Assembly (NCBI GenBank): GCA_017467705.1
Contig: JAFUSC010000016.1
Coordinates: 1,861-65,860 of the forward strand
Length of the DNA stretch: 64,000 nt
Source: Prevotella sp.
Lineage (GTDB): Bacteria; Bacteroidota; Bacteroidia; Bacteroidales; Bacteroidaceae
Direction of reading: 5' to 3'
A model generated the notes under the pieces. It was not told the origin of the DNA. It saw only the letters and a list, made by a program, of their open reading frames with translations, and made no database searches. How positions within the stretch are numbered: the first letter of the stretch is position 1; each line of letters starts with the position of its first letter. Below are positions 17,954-28,800 of this stretch, piece after piece. The position numbers and the translations under genes are program-made.

Positions 17954-19093
17954 ATGAAAAAGTATCTTTTAAGTTTCGCAGTATTGATGATGGGCACAGC
18001 CCTCTTTACTGCTTGTGACAATGAGGACGATGGTCCAATCATCAAGCCTGTTGATGTCTCTAACGGTGTGTTCATCGTGGGTTCTGGTAACACACGTGCC
18101 AACATCGATGGTAATGTCAGTTACATTAACTATGCGACGGGTGCAGTCGTGTCAAATGCCTTCCAGGCTGCCAATGGCAAGTCTGTCGGTAAGACTGCCA
18201 ACTACATTGAGCAGTATGGTAACAAGCTCTACATCGTGGTTGATCGTGAGGCTACCATCTGGGTATGCGACAAGCAGACTCTGAAGGTTGTCAAGCAGAT
18301 CAGCACCACCGACCTGCTGGGTGCTACTGATGGTCTCAGCCCCCGTGCAGCCATTGGTCACGATGGCAACCTGTACTTCACCTGCTACGGTAACAGTACC
18401 AATGGTGGTAATGGTGTCGTGGCTGTTGTTGACACTGTTAACTTTGCCAAGAAGACCACTTACACGGTCGGTTCTTATCCCGACGGTCTGACCATTGCTA
18501 ACGGCAGCATCTACGTGGCTAACTCTGACTACGGTAACGTCAAGAAAGCTTCCATCTCGAAGATTGACCTCACATCGGGCAACGTTGCCACCATCACGGA
18601 TGATATTATCACCAACCCCATGCAGATTCTGGCAGTTGGTACCGATGTCTATTATCTGGACTATGGTACGTATGATGCCAGCTGGAACCAGACGGGTGCC
18701 GGTGTCCGCAAGATTACGGCTGCCGGTGCTGTGTCGAAGGTGGTCGACGGAACTGCTTTCTGCTCAGACGGTAAGACCATTTACACCGTCTATGCTCCTT
18801 ACGGTGGCGACGGCACACATTATTATAAGTATGACGTTGCTACTGGTTCGAAGACCGAGTGGACTCCTGCTGACATCTTCAGCCCCGCAGTGATTGCAGC
18901 TGACCCCATTACCGGCAACATCTTCATCGTTTCTTATCAGCAGAACCCTGAGACGGGTTATGCAGGCTATGCACTGCCTTCATACACCAATCAGTATGAT
19001 GCACAGGGTAAGCTCGTCAAGAAGTATGAGGGAACGGCCACTGGTCCTATCTCTGTTGTATTCAACACGGGTGTAAAGTATGTTGAGGAGTAA
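17954..19093 (+). CDS. Surface beta-propeller lipoprotein (BtuG/YncE-like)
   Basis: FTAC lipobox plus acidic export signal DNEDD, propeller repeats (VGSYPDGL, IYVANS), position next to btuB. Confidence 0.8.
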   Translation: MKKYLLSFAVLMMGTALFTACDNEDDGPIIKPVDVSNGVFIVGSGNTRANIDGNVSYINYATGAVVSNAFQAANGKSVGKTANYIEQYGNKLYIVVDREATIWVCDKQTLKVVKQISTTDLLGATDGLSPRAAIGHDGNLYFTCYGNSTNGGNGVVAVVDTVNFAKKTTYTVGSYPDGLTIANGSIYVANSDYGNVKKASISKIDLTSGNVATITDDIITNPMQILAVGTDVYYLDYGTYDASWNQTGAGVRKITAAGAVSKVVDGTAFCSDGKTIYTVYAPYGGDGTHYYKYDVATGSKTEWTPADIFSPAVIAADPITGNIFIVSYQQNPETGYAGYALPSYTNQYDAQGKLVKKYEGTATGPISVVFNTGVKYVEE

Positions 19094-20219
19094 GCCTTTT
19101 ACCGCTTTATCCGTATTATTTACCGTTGTTGTCGCCTTGGCTTCGTGTCGAGGCGGCAACAATGCTTCTTCGCCTGAGGGCGGGGGAGACACGTTGCAGC
19201 TGAAATATTCGTCGCTGCTCACGGTCGTTGACCATGACGGTTACTCCGTGGCCACTATCCGTAACCCATGGAAGGAAGGCAAGACGCTCCACACCTACGT
19301 GCTGGTGCCGAAGGACCGTGAACTGCCTGCAGCACTCCCCGAGGGAACGCTGCTGCGCACACCCATCAGCCGCGCTGCCGTGTTCACCACGGTGCACTGT
19401 TCGCTCCTCATGACGTTGGGCTGCGGTGAATGCATTGTGGGAGTTGCTGATTCCAAGTATGTCAAGATTCCTTGGATTCACGAGCAGCTCGCACAGGGAC
19501 GCATCGTTGACTGCGGCAACGGCCTGAATCCCGTGGTGGAGAAGATCATGGACATCAAGCCTGACATCATCATGCTCTCTCCGTTTGAGAACTCCGGCGG
19601 CTACGGCAAGGTGGAGGACATCAACATCCCTATCGTTGAGTGCGCCGAGTACATGGAGGACTCACCGCTGGGGCGGGCTGAGTGGATGAAGTTCTACGGT
19701 CGGCTCTATGGTCAGGCACAGCGTGCTGACAGCCTCTTCGCCGTGGTCGATAGCAGCTATCAGTCACTTCGTGCACAGGCTCAGCAGGTGCCGCAGGGAC
19801 GTTCGGTGTTGATGGATAAGATTGTAGGCAGCACGTGGTACATGCCCGGCGGTCATAGCACGCTGGGACAGATGATTCAGGACGCTGGCGCACGCTATCC
19901 TTGGGCTGATGATGACCACAGTGGCAGCCTGCCGTTGCCCTTCGAGACCGTGCTGGAGAAGGCTGGTGAGTGTGATGTCTGGCTCTATCGTTACAGCAGT
20001 GACCACACCATGACGCTGGCCGAACTGCTCAGCGACCATCGGGGCTACGACCAGCTGAAGGCATTTCGCACCGGTGAGGTGTATGGATGCAACGTCGAGG
20101 CTTCCTTGTTCTACGAGGAATCACCCTTCCGTCCCGACCTGTTGCTGGCTGATTTCATACAAATTGTGCATCCTGACATAACAAATCTGCCTCCGCTGCG
20201 TTATTATAAGAAACTGTAG
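19080..20219 (+). CDS. ABC transporter substrate-binding lipoprotein (BtuF-like)
   Basis: LASC lipobox, EYMEDSPLGRAEW, RPDLLLADF motifs. Confidence 0.85.
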   Translation: MLRSKPFTALSVLFTVVVALASCRGGNNASSPEGGGDTLQLKYSSLLTVVDHDGYSVATIRNPWKEGKTLHTYVLVPKDRELPAALPEGTLLRTPISRAAVFTTVHCSLLMTLGCGECIVGVADSKYVKIPWIHEQLAQGRIVDCGNGLNPVVEKIMDIKPDIIMLSPFENSGGYGKVEDINIPIVECAEYMEDSPLGRAEWMKFYGRLYGQAQRADSLFAVVDSSYQSLRAQAQQVPQGRSVLMDKIVGSTWYMPGGHSTLGQMIQDAGARYPWADDDHSGSLPLPFETVLEKAGECDVWLYRYSSDHTMTLAELLSDHRGYDQLKAFRTGEVYGCNVEASLFYEESPFRPDLLLADFIQIVHPDITNLPPLRYYKKL

Positions 20220-20223
20220 TTGT

Positions 20224-20276
20224 GAGTGGAGAGTAGAGAGTAGAGAGTGGAGAGAGGAGAGAGAAGAGAGGAGAGA
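20224..20276. repeat. Heptamer tandem repeat GAGWRGA
   Basis: GAGTGGA GAGTAGA GAGTAGA GAGTGGA GAGAGGA GAGAAGA fills the btuF-btuC spacer. Confidence 0.85.
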
Positions 20277-20282
20277 ACCGCA

Positions 20283-21302
20283 ATGAAGAAAGGAACATTA
20301 TATTGCTTGGCATTGGGACTGTTGGTGCTTGTGCTCTTTGCCTTGAATCTGGTCAAGGGAAGCATTGACATTCCGTTGGCTGATGTGGTGCGCATCATCA
20401 TGGGTGATGTGGCTGACATCAAGCCCTCTTGGCAATACATTGTGCTGGAGTCGCGTCTGCCTCAGGCACTCACTGCCGTGCTCTGCGGTGCGGCGCTGGC
20501 TGTCAGCGGTCTGATGTTGCAGACGGCTTTCCGCAATCCGTTGGCAGGTCCCAGCATCTTCGGCATCAACAGCGGTGCTGGGTTGGGCGTGGCACTTGTC
20601 ATGTTGCTGCTCGGCGGCTCGCTCAATGTGGGCGCCGTCTCTGTGAGTGGCTTCGTGGCAGTGTTGCTGGCTGCCTTTGTCGGTGCCTTAGGCGTGATGC
20701 TGCTCATCTTCTTCTTCTCTACGCTTGTCCGCAATAACGTCATGCTGCTCATCATCGGCATCATGATCGGTTACATCAGTAACTCAGCTATCTCGCTGCT
20801 CAACTTTTTTGCCACCGACGAGGGCGTACGCTCCTACATGGTCTGGGGCATGAGCACCTTTGGCGGTGTGTCCATGAAGATGATGCCCGTCTTTGCCCTC
20901 ATCACCATCGCCGGGCTTTTCGGGTCGTTGCTGCTCATGAAATCACTTAACGCCCTGACTCTCGGCGACCGTTATGCTGAGAATCTGGGCGTCAACATCC
21001 AGCGTGTGCGTAATTGGCTGCTCTTTGTCACGGGCGTTCTGACAGCCGTCACCACCGCCTTCTGCGGTCCCGTGGCGTTCATCGGTCTGGCCGTGCCCCA
21101 CATTGCGCGTCTGCTGCTCACTACCGATAATCACCGTTGGCTCATGCCCGCCACCATGCTTTGCGGCGCCGTCGTCGCACTGCTGTGCAGCGTCGTCTGC
21201 GTGCTGCCCGGCGAGTCGGGTGTCATTCCGCTCAACGCCGTTACTCCGATTATCGGTGCTCCTGTCATCATCTACGTCATCGTCAAGGAACGTAGGGGAT
21301 AA
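20283..21302 (+). CDS. FecCD/BtuC family ABC permease
   Basis: RLPQAL, QTAFRNPLAGPSIFGINSGA, AENLGV, GPVAFIGLAVPH motifs. Confidence 0.92.
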   Translation: MKKGTLYCLALGLLVLVLFALNLVKGSIDIPLADVVRIIMGDVADIKPSWQYIVLESRLPQALTAVLCGAALAVSGLMLQTAFRNPLAGPSIFGINSGAGLGVALVMLLLGGSLNVGAVSVSGFVAVLLAAFVGALGVMLLIFFFSTLVRNNVMLLIIGIMIGYISNSAISLLNFFATDEGVRSYMVWGMSTFGGVSMKMMPVFALITIAGLFGSLLLMKSLNALTLGDRYAENLGVNIQRVRNWLLFVTGVLTAVTTAFCGPVAFIGLAVPHIARLLLTTDNHRWLMPATMLCGAVVALLCSVVCVLPGESGVIPLNAVTPIIGAPVIIYVIVKERRG

Positions 21303-21325
21303 GACTTATAACTCTTTGATTCTTA

Positions 21326-22933
21326 TTAATATCCGGGATTCTGCTGAAGTCCGGTGTTGAGGGCCATGACGTCAGCCGGAATGGGATAGACGGAGGTGTG
21401 GCCGTCGCTTTCATCGATGGCGTCCGTTTCCGTGTAGAGTGACTTGTACTGGCCGAAACGGATGAGGTCTTGACGGCGCCAGCCTTCCCAGCACAGTTCC
21501 AGCAGGCGCTCATCGAGCAGGTTCTGCAAGGTGCAGGGCCGCGGCTCCATGCCGGCACGCCGACGCACCAGATCAAAGTCCGCCTGACCGTCGTCACCCA
21601 TGCGCAGCTTGGCCTCGGCACGCATCAGCAGCGCGTCGGCATAACGGAAGAGCACAATGTCGTTGTCCATCAGCTTGCCGTCCTTCGGAGCGTTCTTGTC
21701 CACCTCGTACTTCTTCATGCGTGCACCTGCAGTCTCCACATATTCCGTTCCGCTGATGTCAATGGCAACAGCCCAAGGGCGATAGACCAACGGCTCTCCC
21801 GTGCGGTCGAGAACAGTCTGACCGTTCAGGTCGGTCACCGTGCCGGCATAATAGCAGAGGTCGAAGCGGCGGTCTTGCTCTGGGGTGTCGTAGCCGAATA
21901 CTTGCAGCACACGTGTGGTGGCGCACGAACCGTTCTCTGCGGTGAAGCCGTAGGCTGCTGCATGCCGATAGTGGTAGGAACGGTAGAGGTTCTGCTGCTG
22001 ATTCAGGTAGAGGTTCTTGTCCATGGGAATCGTGAAGATGTTTTCCTTGGATGTCTCGTTGTAGACGATGAAGTTGGCGGCGTAGTCCGTTTCAAGCTCA
22101 TAGCTTAAAGCCTCCAGTCTGTTGCAGTAGTCAATGCACTTCCCGTAGTAGCCCTGTGCCTCGGCTGACTCGCTGCCAATGCCATTGTAGACGGAGGCAT
22201 TGAGCATCAGCTTGGCTAGCACGAAGAAGCAGACCGGGCGCGTGATGCGTCCGTAGTAGTCGCCTTCACGGGTGCTGTTGTTGTCGGTGAGGTAGGGCAG
22301 TGATGCCTCCAGCTCGCTCACGGCAAAGCGGAACAGGTCAGCACGCTCTGATTGCTGTACTTCGTTCATCGACACGTCGGTACTGGTGATGAGCGGTACG
22401 CGCCCGAAGAGGTCAATCAGGTACCAGTAGTACATGGCACGCAGTGCACGCACCTCTGCCTTGTAGCTCAGCAGCTGGTCGTCGGTGAGCAGCTGTTTGT
22501 TCGCGTCGAGCGTCTCGAGTGAACGGTTGCAGAGGGTGATGACCTTGTATAGGTATATCCATGCATTTTTAGGCAGGTCGTGACCGGCTGCCCATGAGTG
22601 TTTATACATAGCCTGCCACAGTCCGCCGTCGTACCAGTCGCCGCCGCGGGTAGGCAGCATGGCCTCGTCGCTGCCGAAGGTCTGCAGGTCGTAGACACCG
22701 CGGCAGGTGCCTTGCAGTCCTTGTCCGTCGGTGTTGCCCCCGATGTAGTTATACAGCGTAGCTACGGTGTTCTGGTAGAGTGTCTGGGCTGATGTGTAGC
22801 CCAATTGCTCCTCTATCTGGCTTTTGGGCTGCTCGTTGAGTGAGCAGGCCGTAAGGGCAGCGCAGACAACGGCGGCAGTGATGCAGCACGCCAGGCTGCC
22901 GAAGGAACGTTTATGAAAGAGTAGGGTAGTCAT
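21326..22933 (-). CDS. RagB/SusD family lipoprotein
   Basis: LTAC lipobox, AEVRALRAMYY, FGRVP, FRYADALLMRAEA, ERLLELCWEGWRRQDLIRF. Confidence 0.93.
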   Translation of the reverse strand: MTTLLFHKRSFGSLACCITAAVVCAALTACSLNEQPKSQIEEQLGYTSAQTLYQNTVATLYNYIGGNTDGQGLQGTCRGVYDLQTFGSDEAMLPTRGGDWYDGGLWQAMYKHSWAAGHDLPKNAWIYLYKVITLCNRSLETLDANKQLLTDDQLLSYKAEVRALRAMYYWYLIDLFGRVPLITSTDVSMNEVQQSERADLFRFAVSELEASLPYLTDNNSTREGDYYGRITRPVCFFVLAKLMLNASVYNGIGSESAEAQGYYGKCIDYCNRLEALSYELETDYAANFIVYNETSKENIFTIPMDKNLYLNQQQNLYRSYHYRHAAAYGFTAENGSCATTRVLQVFGYDTPEQDRRFDLCYYAGTVTDLNGQTVLDRTGEPLVYRPWAVAIDISGTEYVETAGARMKKYEVDKNAPKDGKLMDNDIVLFRYADALLMRAEAKLRMGDDGQADFDLVRRRAGMEPRPCTLQNLLDERLLELCWEGWRRQDLIRFGQYKSLYTETDAIDESDGHTSVYPIPADVMALNTGLQQNPGY

Positions 22934-22943
22934 TGTCTTCTAT

Positions 22944-22985
22944 TTTAATCTTCAATCTTCAATCTTCAATTTTCAATCTTCAATC
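22944..22985. repeat. Heptamer tandem repeat TTCAATC x6
   Basis: Occupies most of the susC-susD spacer. Confidence 0.85.
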
Positions 22986-22987
22986 TC

Positions 22988-25651
22988 TCAAAACTGTATA
23001 CTGACTCCCACGGTGTAGGACCGGTAGACGGGGAACGTGCGCTTATCGTCGATGCCGAGTGTAGCATTGACGATGCTCGAATTGATCATCGGGGTCAGTC
23101 CTGAGTAGGAGGTGATGGTGGCCAGATTGTTCACCGAGCACGACAGGCGCAGGTTCTTCACATAGCGTGAGCGCAGCGGCACGTTCCATCCCACGGTCAC
23201 GTAGTCAATGTTGACGTAGTCACCACGTTCCAACCAGTAGTCGCTGATGGTCTGGTCCTGAATGTTCTGTTCGGGCGCTCCCTGCATCACGTTGTAGTTA
23301 GGCAGCGAGAGCATGTTCATGTAGCTCAATGCCGTGCCGTTGTATATCTTGTGCCCGAAGGCACCGTTCATCTGCATGGTGATGTCCCATTGCTTGTAAC
23401 GCAGTGAAATGTTGGAGCCCATCATGGCTTTCGGTGTGGCTTGTCCGCAGATGTAGCTCTCGCTGCTCACGTCGTAGCTGTATGAACCGTCAGCGTTCTT
23501 GACGAGTCCGTTGCAGTGCGGCATGTAGAACACGCCGAGCGGCTGCCCCACTATCTGTGACACCACGTCGCTGGCACCGTGGAACCCGGCTCCGCTCAGG
23601 GCGCTGATGCCTGCTATCTGCGGCGCTGTCAGGTATTCGCCTTGGTAGTATCCGTTCAGTGTCACCAGCTTGTTGCGCTCGAAGGTCCAGTTCATGTTGA
23701 TGTTCAGCTCCATGTCATGCTGACGCAAGGGGGTGATGCTGAAGCCAATCTCCAGACCACTGTTGCGCATCTTGCCGAGGTTGGCTAACAGCTTGTTATA
23801 GGTGAACGGCGGCACGCTCACGTCGTAGTTGTAGAGCATGTCGTTGGTATGTGAAGCGTAGAAGTCCACCGTCAGTGCGATGCGGTTGTCCCAGAAGCTG
23901 GCGTCCATGCCGATGTTGAACGTCCGCTTGATTTCCCACTTTAGGTCGGGGTTGGCGTTGCGTATGATGCCCAGTGTGGTGACCGGCGTGCCACCCATGG
24001 AGACGATACCGTTCGGCTGAATCAGCTGGAGTGACATGTAGGAGTCGATGCCGCCCAGATTACCGCTGATGCCGTAGCCGGTGCGCAGTTTCAGGTTGTT
24101 CACCCACGTCAGCGGCTTCATCCACTCCTCGTCGCTCACTATCCATGCGCCGCTGATGGAGGGGAAAAAGCCCCAGCGGTTGTTGCGTCCCACCTTCGAC
24201 GAGGCATCCAGTCGGGCATTGGCAGTCAGCGTGTAACGGTTGTCGTAGACGTATTGTGCATGTAGCAGGAACGACTCCATGTGAGCGTCAATGGTCTGCG
24301 ACCCTGTGCCTTCCCAAGGGCGGACAGCACCGGCAGACAGGTTGTCGTAGCCGAAGGCATCTGTCGAGAAGTTGGTTGCCGTGGTGTAGAATCCCTTGCG
24401 CTTCTCGCTCTGTGCCTCTGCCAAGGCTAACAGATCGAGTGTTGAGCGCTGGGTGTTGAGCGTGTAGGCCAGTGCAATGTGCCCCAGCAGCTCTTCGGTC
24501 TTGGTGTTGGCACGGTAAGCCTCGCCGTGGCTCCACACGATGGTGGGGTAGTAGTACGCTCCGTCGATGGTGTTGTACGAGTAACTGCCGAAGCCTGTCA
24601 GCGTCAGACCGTAACCCAGCTGGACGGTCGTCTTCAGGTGAACGTTGAAGTGGGCGTTGTCTTCGTCGTCCTTCATTTCAAGCAGCGAGTTGGGGTTGTT
24701 GATCCACAGCGCTTCCGTCACCTGATGATAGCTGCCGTCGCTGTTTTTCCCGTTGGGGAATGTGGGATTGAACGTCGCTGCCGAATAGAACAGCTTTTGC
24801 TGGAAAGGAATGTTATTGTTGCGTTGCAGCGACCCGAACACGCCGAGGTCCACCTTCAGCTTTCGGTCGAAAGCAAGTTGCGTGACGTCGAGCTTGGCAA
24901 TGTAGTTGCGGTAGTTGTTGGTCTTGATGACCGTCCTGTGGTCCATCATGCCTATTGATGCACGGTAGTTGGCAGTCTCGTTGCCCCCACCGAAGGCAAT
25001 GTGGTGATTCTGCACGAAGCCGGTGCGCGTGATGGCATTGGGGAAATCGGTGTCCTGTCCCAAGTCCATGATGCTCATGCCCATCGCGCGTGCCGCTTGC
25101 CGGAACTGGTCAGCGTTGAGCATCTCAATGTTCTTGTAGATGGACTCAAAGCCGATGGTGCCGTCGTAGGCGATATGGAACTGCTCACCCTTGCCTTTCT
25201 TGGTCTGCACCTGAATGACACCCGCAGCACCACGGCTACCATACTGTGCCGTTTCTGAGGCGTCCTTCAGAATGGTGAAGCTCTCAATGTCAGCAGGATA
25301 GATGGTTGAAAGCGTGGCCAAGTCACTCGACACACCGTCAATGATGACCAGCGGGTCGTTGCCGCCCGTCAGCGACGTCGTTCCCCTGACGCGCACGGCG
25401 TTGATCATGGCTTCATGATTACCGTCCGTCTGCACCTGCACACCAGCCGCCTGACCGCTCAGGGCATCCAGCGAGTTCGTCACCAGACCTCGTTTCATTC
25501 GTTCTTCGCCGACCTTGTCTACTGCACCGGCCAGATGACGTTCGTTACCCTTGGTGTAGCCGATGCTTACCTGCGTGGTGTCATTGCTCTGTGCCACGCC
25601 GTTCACATGGGCCGCGATAAGGATCGTTAGCAATATAAGTAGTTTTTTCAT
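22988..25651 (-). CDS. SusC/RagA family TonB-dependent transporter (short N-terminus)
   Basis: VRGTTSL..NDPLVIIDG, LKDASETAQYGSRGAAGVI, GFFPSISGAW, NPDLKWE, terminal F. Confidence 0.93.
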   Translation of the reverse strand: MKKLLILLTILIAAHVNGVAQSNDTTQVSIGYTKGNERHLAGAVDKVGEERMKRGLVTNSLDALSGQAAGVQVQTDGNHEAMINAVRVRGTTSLTGGNDPLVIIDGVSSDLATLSTIYPADIESFTILKDASETAQYGSRGAAGVIQVQTKKGKGEQFHIAYDGTIGFESIYKNIEMLNADQFRQAARAMGMSIMDLGQDTDFPNAITRTGFVQNHHIAFGGGNETANYRASIGMMDHRTVIKTNNYRNYIAKLDVTQLAFDRKLKVDLGVFGSLQRNNNIPFQQKLFYSAATFNPTFPNGKNSDGSYHQVTEALWINNPNSLLEMKDDEDNAHFNVHLKTTVQLGYGLTLTGFGSYSYNTIDGAYYYPTIVWSHGEAYRANTKTEELLGHIALAYTLNTQRSTLDLLALAEAQSEKRKGFYTTATNFSTDAFGYDNLSAGAVRPWEGTGSQTIDAHMESFLLHAQYVYDNRYTLTANARLDASSKVGRNNRWGFFPSISGAWIVSDEEWMKPLTWVNNLKLRTGYGISGNLGGIDSYMSLQLIQPNGIVSMGGTPVTTLGIIRNANPDLKWEIKRTFNIGMDASFWDNRIALTVDFYASHTNDMLYNYDVSVPPFTYNKLLANLGKMRNSGLEIGFSITPLRQHDMELNINMNWTFERNKLVTLNGYYQGEYLTAPQIAGISALSGAGFHGASDVVSQIVGQPLGVFYMPHCNGLVKNADGSYSYDVSSESYICGQATPKAMMGSNISLRYKQWDITMQMNGAFGHKIYNGTALSYMNMLSLPNYNVMQGAPEQNIQDQTISDYWLERGDYVNIDYVTVGWNVPLRSRYVKNLRLSCSVNNLATITSYSGLTPMINSSIVNATLGIDDKRTFPVYRSYTVGVSIQF

Positions 25652-25793
25652 ACGGAGAGATGGGTTATTCTGTTGCAAAGATAAAGAAATATTTTCAAAT
25701 ACCTTGTCTTTCTTTTGGAAATCTCACAAAAAAGTTATACCTTTGCACGCGCTTTCCTTTCAAGGGCAAAGCGTTTGAGAGTTCAGCAGTGTC

Positions 25794-25867
25794 GGTTCCG
25801 TAGCTCAGTTGGATAGAGCAACAGCCTTCTAAGCTGTGGGTCTTGGGTTCGAATCCCAACGGAATCA
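25794..25867 (+). tRNA. tRNA-Arg(TCT)
   Basis: GGTTCCG/CGGAATC acceptor stem, ACAGC-CTTCTAA-GCTGT anticodon arm, GGTTCGAATCC. Confidence 0.95.
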
Positions 25868-25874
25868 CACTTTT

Positions 25875-28800
25875 TTACTCTTTGAAATCTTCCGCTGCCA
25901 TATCCAATCTTCCCGATTGCATTGGCATTTCTTTTGCCTTGTGTTTAGACGTTTCTCTCACCATCGGTGTATAGGCTTCGATGATGTGTCTCCAGTCGTT
26001 CTGGCTCATACCGGGATACCGCTCGCCGAACTTTTTTATGACTTCAACCTGCAACTCACCATCACTGATGCCAGCATCCATGTGCAGTCTATCAAATATG
26101 AGGTTTCGCACATCTCTGTCGTCTTCAACATGTTGTAATTTACGAAGTTCTAATAAAACCATACTTGTCGTGTCACTGACCATTCTAATGATTATATTGC
26201 AGAAGTCTTCCTTAAATCCTTCATTTTGCTGGTATTCCCTATAAAGCGACATATCAGCAGAGCGCTTCTTACGGACAATGCCATCGATAATCTTCCGCAT
26301 CAGCTTGTTAACAGCTTCTTGGTCAGGATTACCCACTACCAGTTGTTGATAGTCCTTGTTCTCTGCCACGGCTTTTGTTATACTGAACAATTTTGCTTTC
26401 TGGTCATCAGGAGAGGCGTCCCAACCTTTAAACCAGCGCTCGTTAAACTCTTCCAGTATCACATCCAGTGGCGACTTAGGCTCTTCTTCGTTATTACCTG
26501 CATTGACCATGACGGGCTTGTTGGGGTCAACGGCTGTTTCTCCTGCATCCAGTCCGATAGTCTCGTTCAATGCGGTGCGGCGCAGCCCGTAGGTGTTCAA
26601 GTCAACATAGTCCAACAGGTCCTTAATCTCTTCGCCTGTACTGTCAACATGCAGTTCGGGTATCAGATAGCGCAGATACCAGAACAGCTTTTCCCAATCT
26701 GCCACCTCGTAATCTAATATGGCGGCTACTCGGCTATATACCCTGACGAACTGCTTACACTTCATCTTGAAGTCCGCCTTACCATTATCAGCCCATTCTA
26801 TTTCTTGGTCGAATCGTTCAACGGCAGCATCCAGAATAGGTGCCCATTCGCTGGCTTCTGCTCCGTGAATATAGAGTTCCACAAACTCATTCACCTCGTC
26901 CATATCAAAGACGCCCATTTGCAGCATGGCAGTTTTCAGTTGGTGCAACACATTTACATCAGTTGCACCTGACAGCGTTGTCATCGTGAAGAAGGGATCA
27001 AAAGCTTCCTTCATGCTGTCTGTGCTGTTATAGAAGTCCATGATGAAGAGGTCTTCACTCAACTTGTTCAGTTCCGGTGCTGCCCTATTCAAGCGTGAAA
27101 GTGCTTGAACTGCCAATACACCGTCAAGAGGTTTGTCAATATACATCGCACAAAGCTTGGGTTGGTCAAAGCCTGTCAGATATTTATTGGCTACCACCAA
27201 GATACGGTTCTCGTCCTTCTCAAACTCCTCTGCCGTCTTCGTTTCGGGGAATCCGTTAATGCCTGCCTCGGTATAATCTACACCTTTGATGGTCTTGGTA
27301 CCAGAGAAGGCTATCAAAATTCCGTAAGGCAGTTTGCGCTCTTTGGCGATGGCCTGCAGTTCGTTGTAATAACAGATGGCGCACTCTATATCCTTCGTCA
27401 CTACCATCGCCTTTGCTTGGCCTTTCAGTTTGTGGTTCCGATATATCTTGGCATCGAAGTGGTCCAACATCACCTCAGCCTTTGCCTTGATAGTCTTGGG
27501 ATCACGCTCTACCAAACGACGGAGCATCTTCTGGGCCTTGTCGTTGTTATATTGCGGATTATCTTCAATGCTCTTGGTCAGTTCATAATAACTCCTGTAC
27601 GTGGTATAGTTGGATAGGACGTTGAGAATAAAACCTTCTTCGATGGCCTGCTTCATACTATACAGGTGGAAGGGATAAAACTTGCCGTCCGAATGTTGAG
27701 TGCCAAAACGCTCCAGCGTCTCTTTCTTTGGCGTGGCAGTAAAGGCGAAATAGCTACAGTTCGAGCTCATCTTCCTGTCTTTCATCAGTTTCATAATGAG
27801 GTCGTCGGTTTCTTCCACCTCGTCTTCGTTTCTTTGCACGGCCTTGTTCACGCTATCGGCAGCAATTCCGCTCTGACTGCTGTGCGCCTCGTCAATGATG
27901 ATGGCAAAGTTATGGTCGCTCACATCACTGATGGCATTACACATAAAGGGGAACTTCTGTATCGTTGTAATGATGATACGTTTTCCCTGCTCAATAGCCT
28001 GTTTCAGTCCTGTCTTGTTCGGGTTGCTACCTGAGTCAGCACAATCGGCATGAGCCACAATCTTGTCGCTCTGTCCGAAAGCCTTGATGTTATCGGTTAT
28101 CTGCTTGTCCAGCAGCTTGCGGTCGGTCACCACGATGACGCTGTTAAACAGGGCCTCGTCCAGTGCCTTGGCTCTGACGGCATCCATCGATTGCGGACAC
28201 GTCTTGATGAGCTTGAACGCCAACCATGTCAGCGAGTTCGACTTACCGGAGCCTGCTGAGTGTTCTATCAGGTAGGTCTTGCCAACACCCACACGGGCGG
28301 CATCTTCTTCCAACTTGGTCACTACGTCCAACTGGTGGTAACGGGGGAATATCAGTTTCTTGGCATTCTTCATAATATGCGGCACCTTCTTCTGTGTCTT
28401 TGCTTCACCATAATCGAACAGCACATAGTTCATAATGATGTCGGCAACGGTGTCTTTCTGCAACACCTGTTCCCACAGATAGGCGGTCTTGTAACCGTCG
28501 GGGCTGACGGGATTGCCTGCACCCTGTCCTAATGGCAGTCCTTTGTTGAAGGGCATGAAGTAAGTCTTGTCCAATGCCAGACGGGTGGTGAAGAACACAT
28601 CATTCTTGTCCACGGCGAAGTGGGCCAGACAACGCCCGTAGCTTAGCAGCGTGTCCTTCGGGTCACGCATCTTGCTCCTGTACTGCTCCTGTCCGTCGTA
28701 CTTTGCTGTTTGGTGGGTCCAAGGGTTCTTCAGCTCAAAGGTGAACAGGGGGATGCCGTTCACGTAGAGCACCATGTCCAGTTCCTCGCCGGGATGTGAC

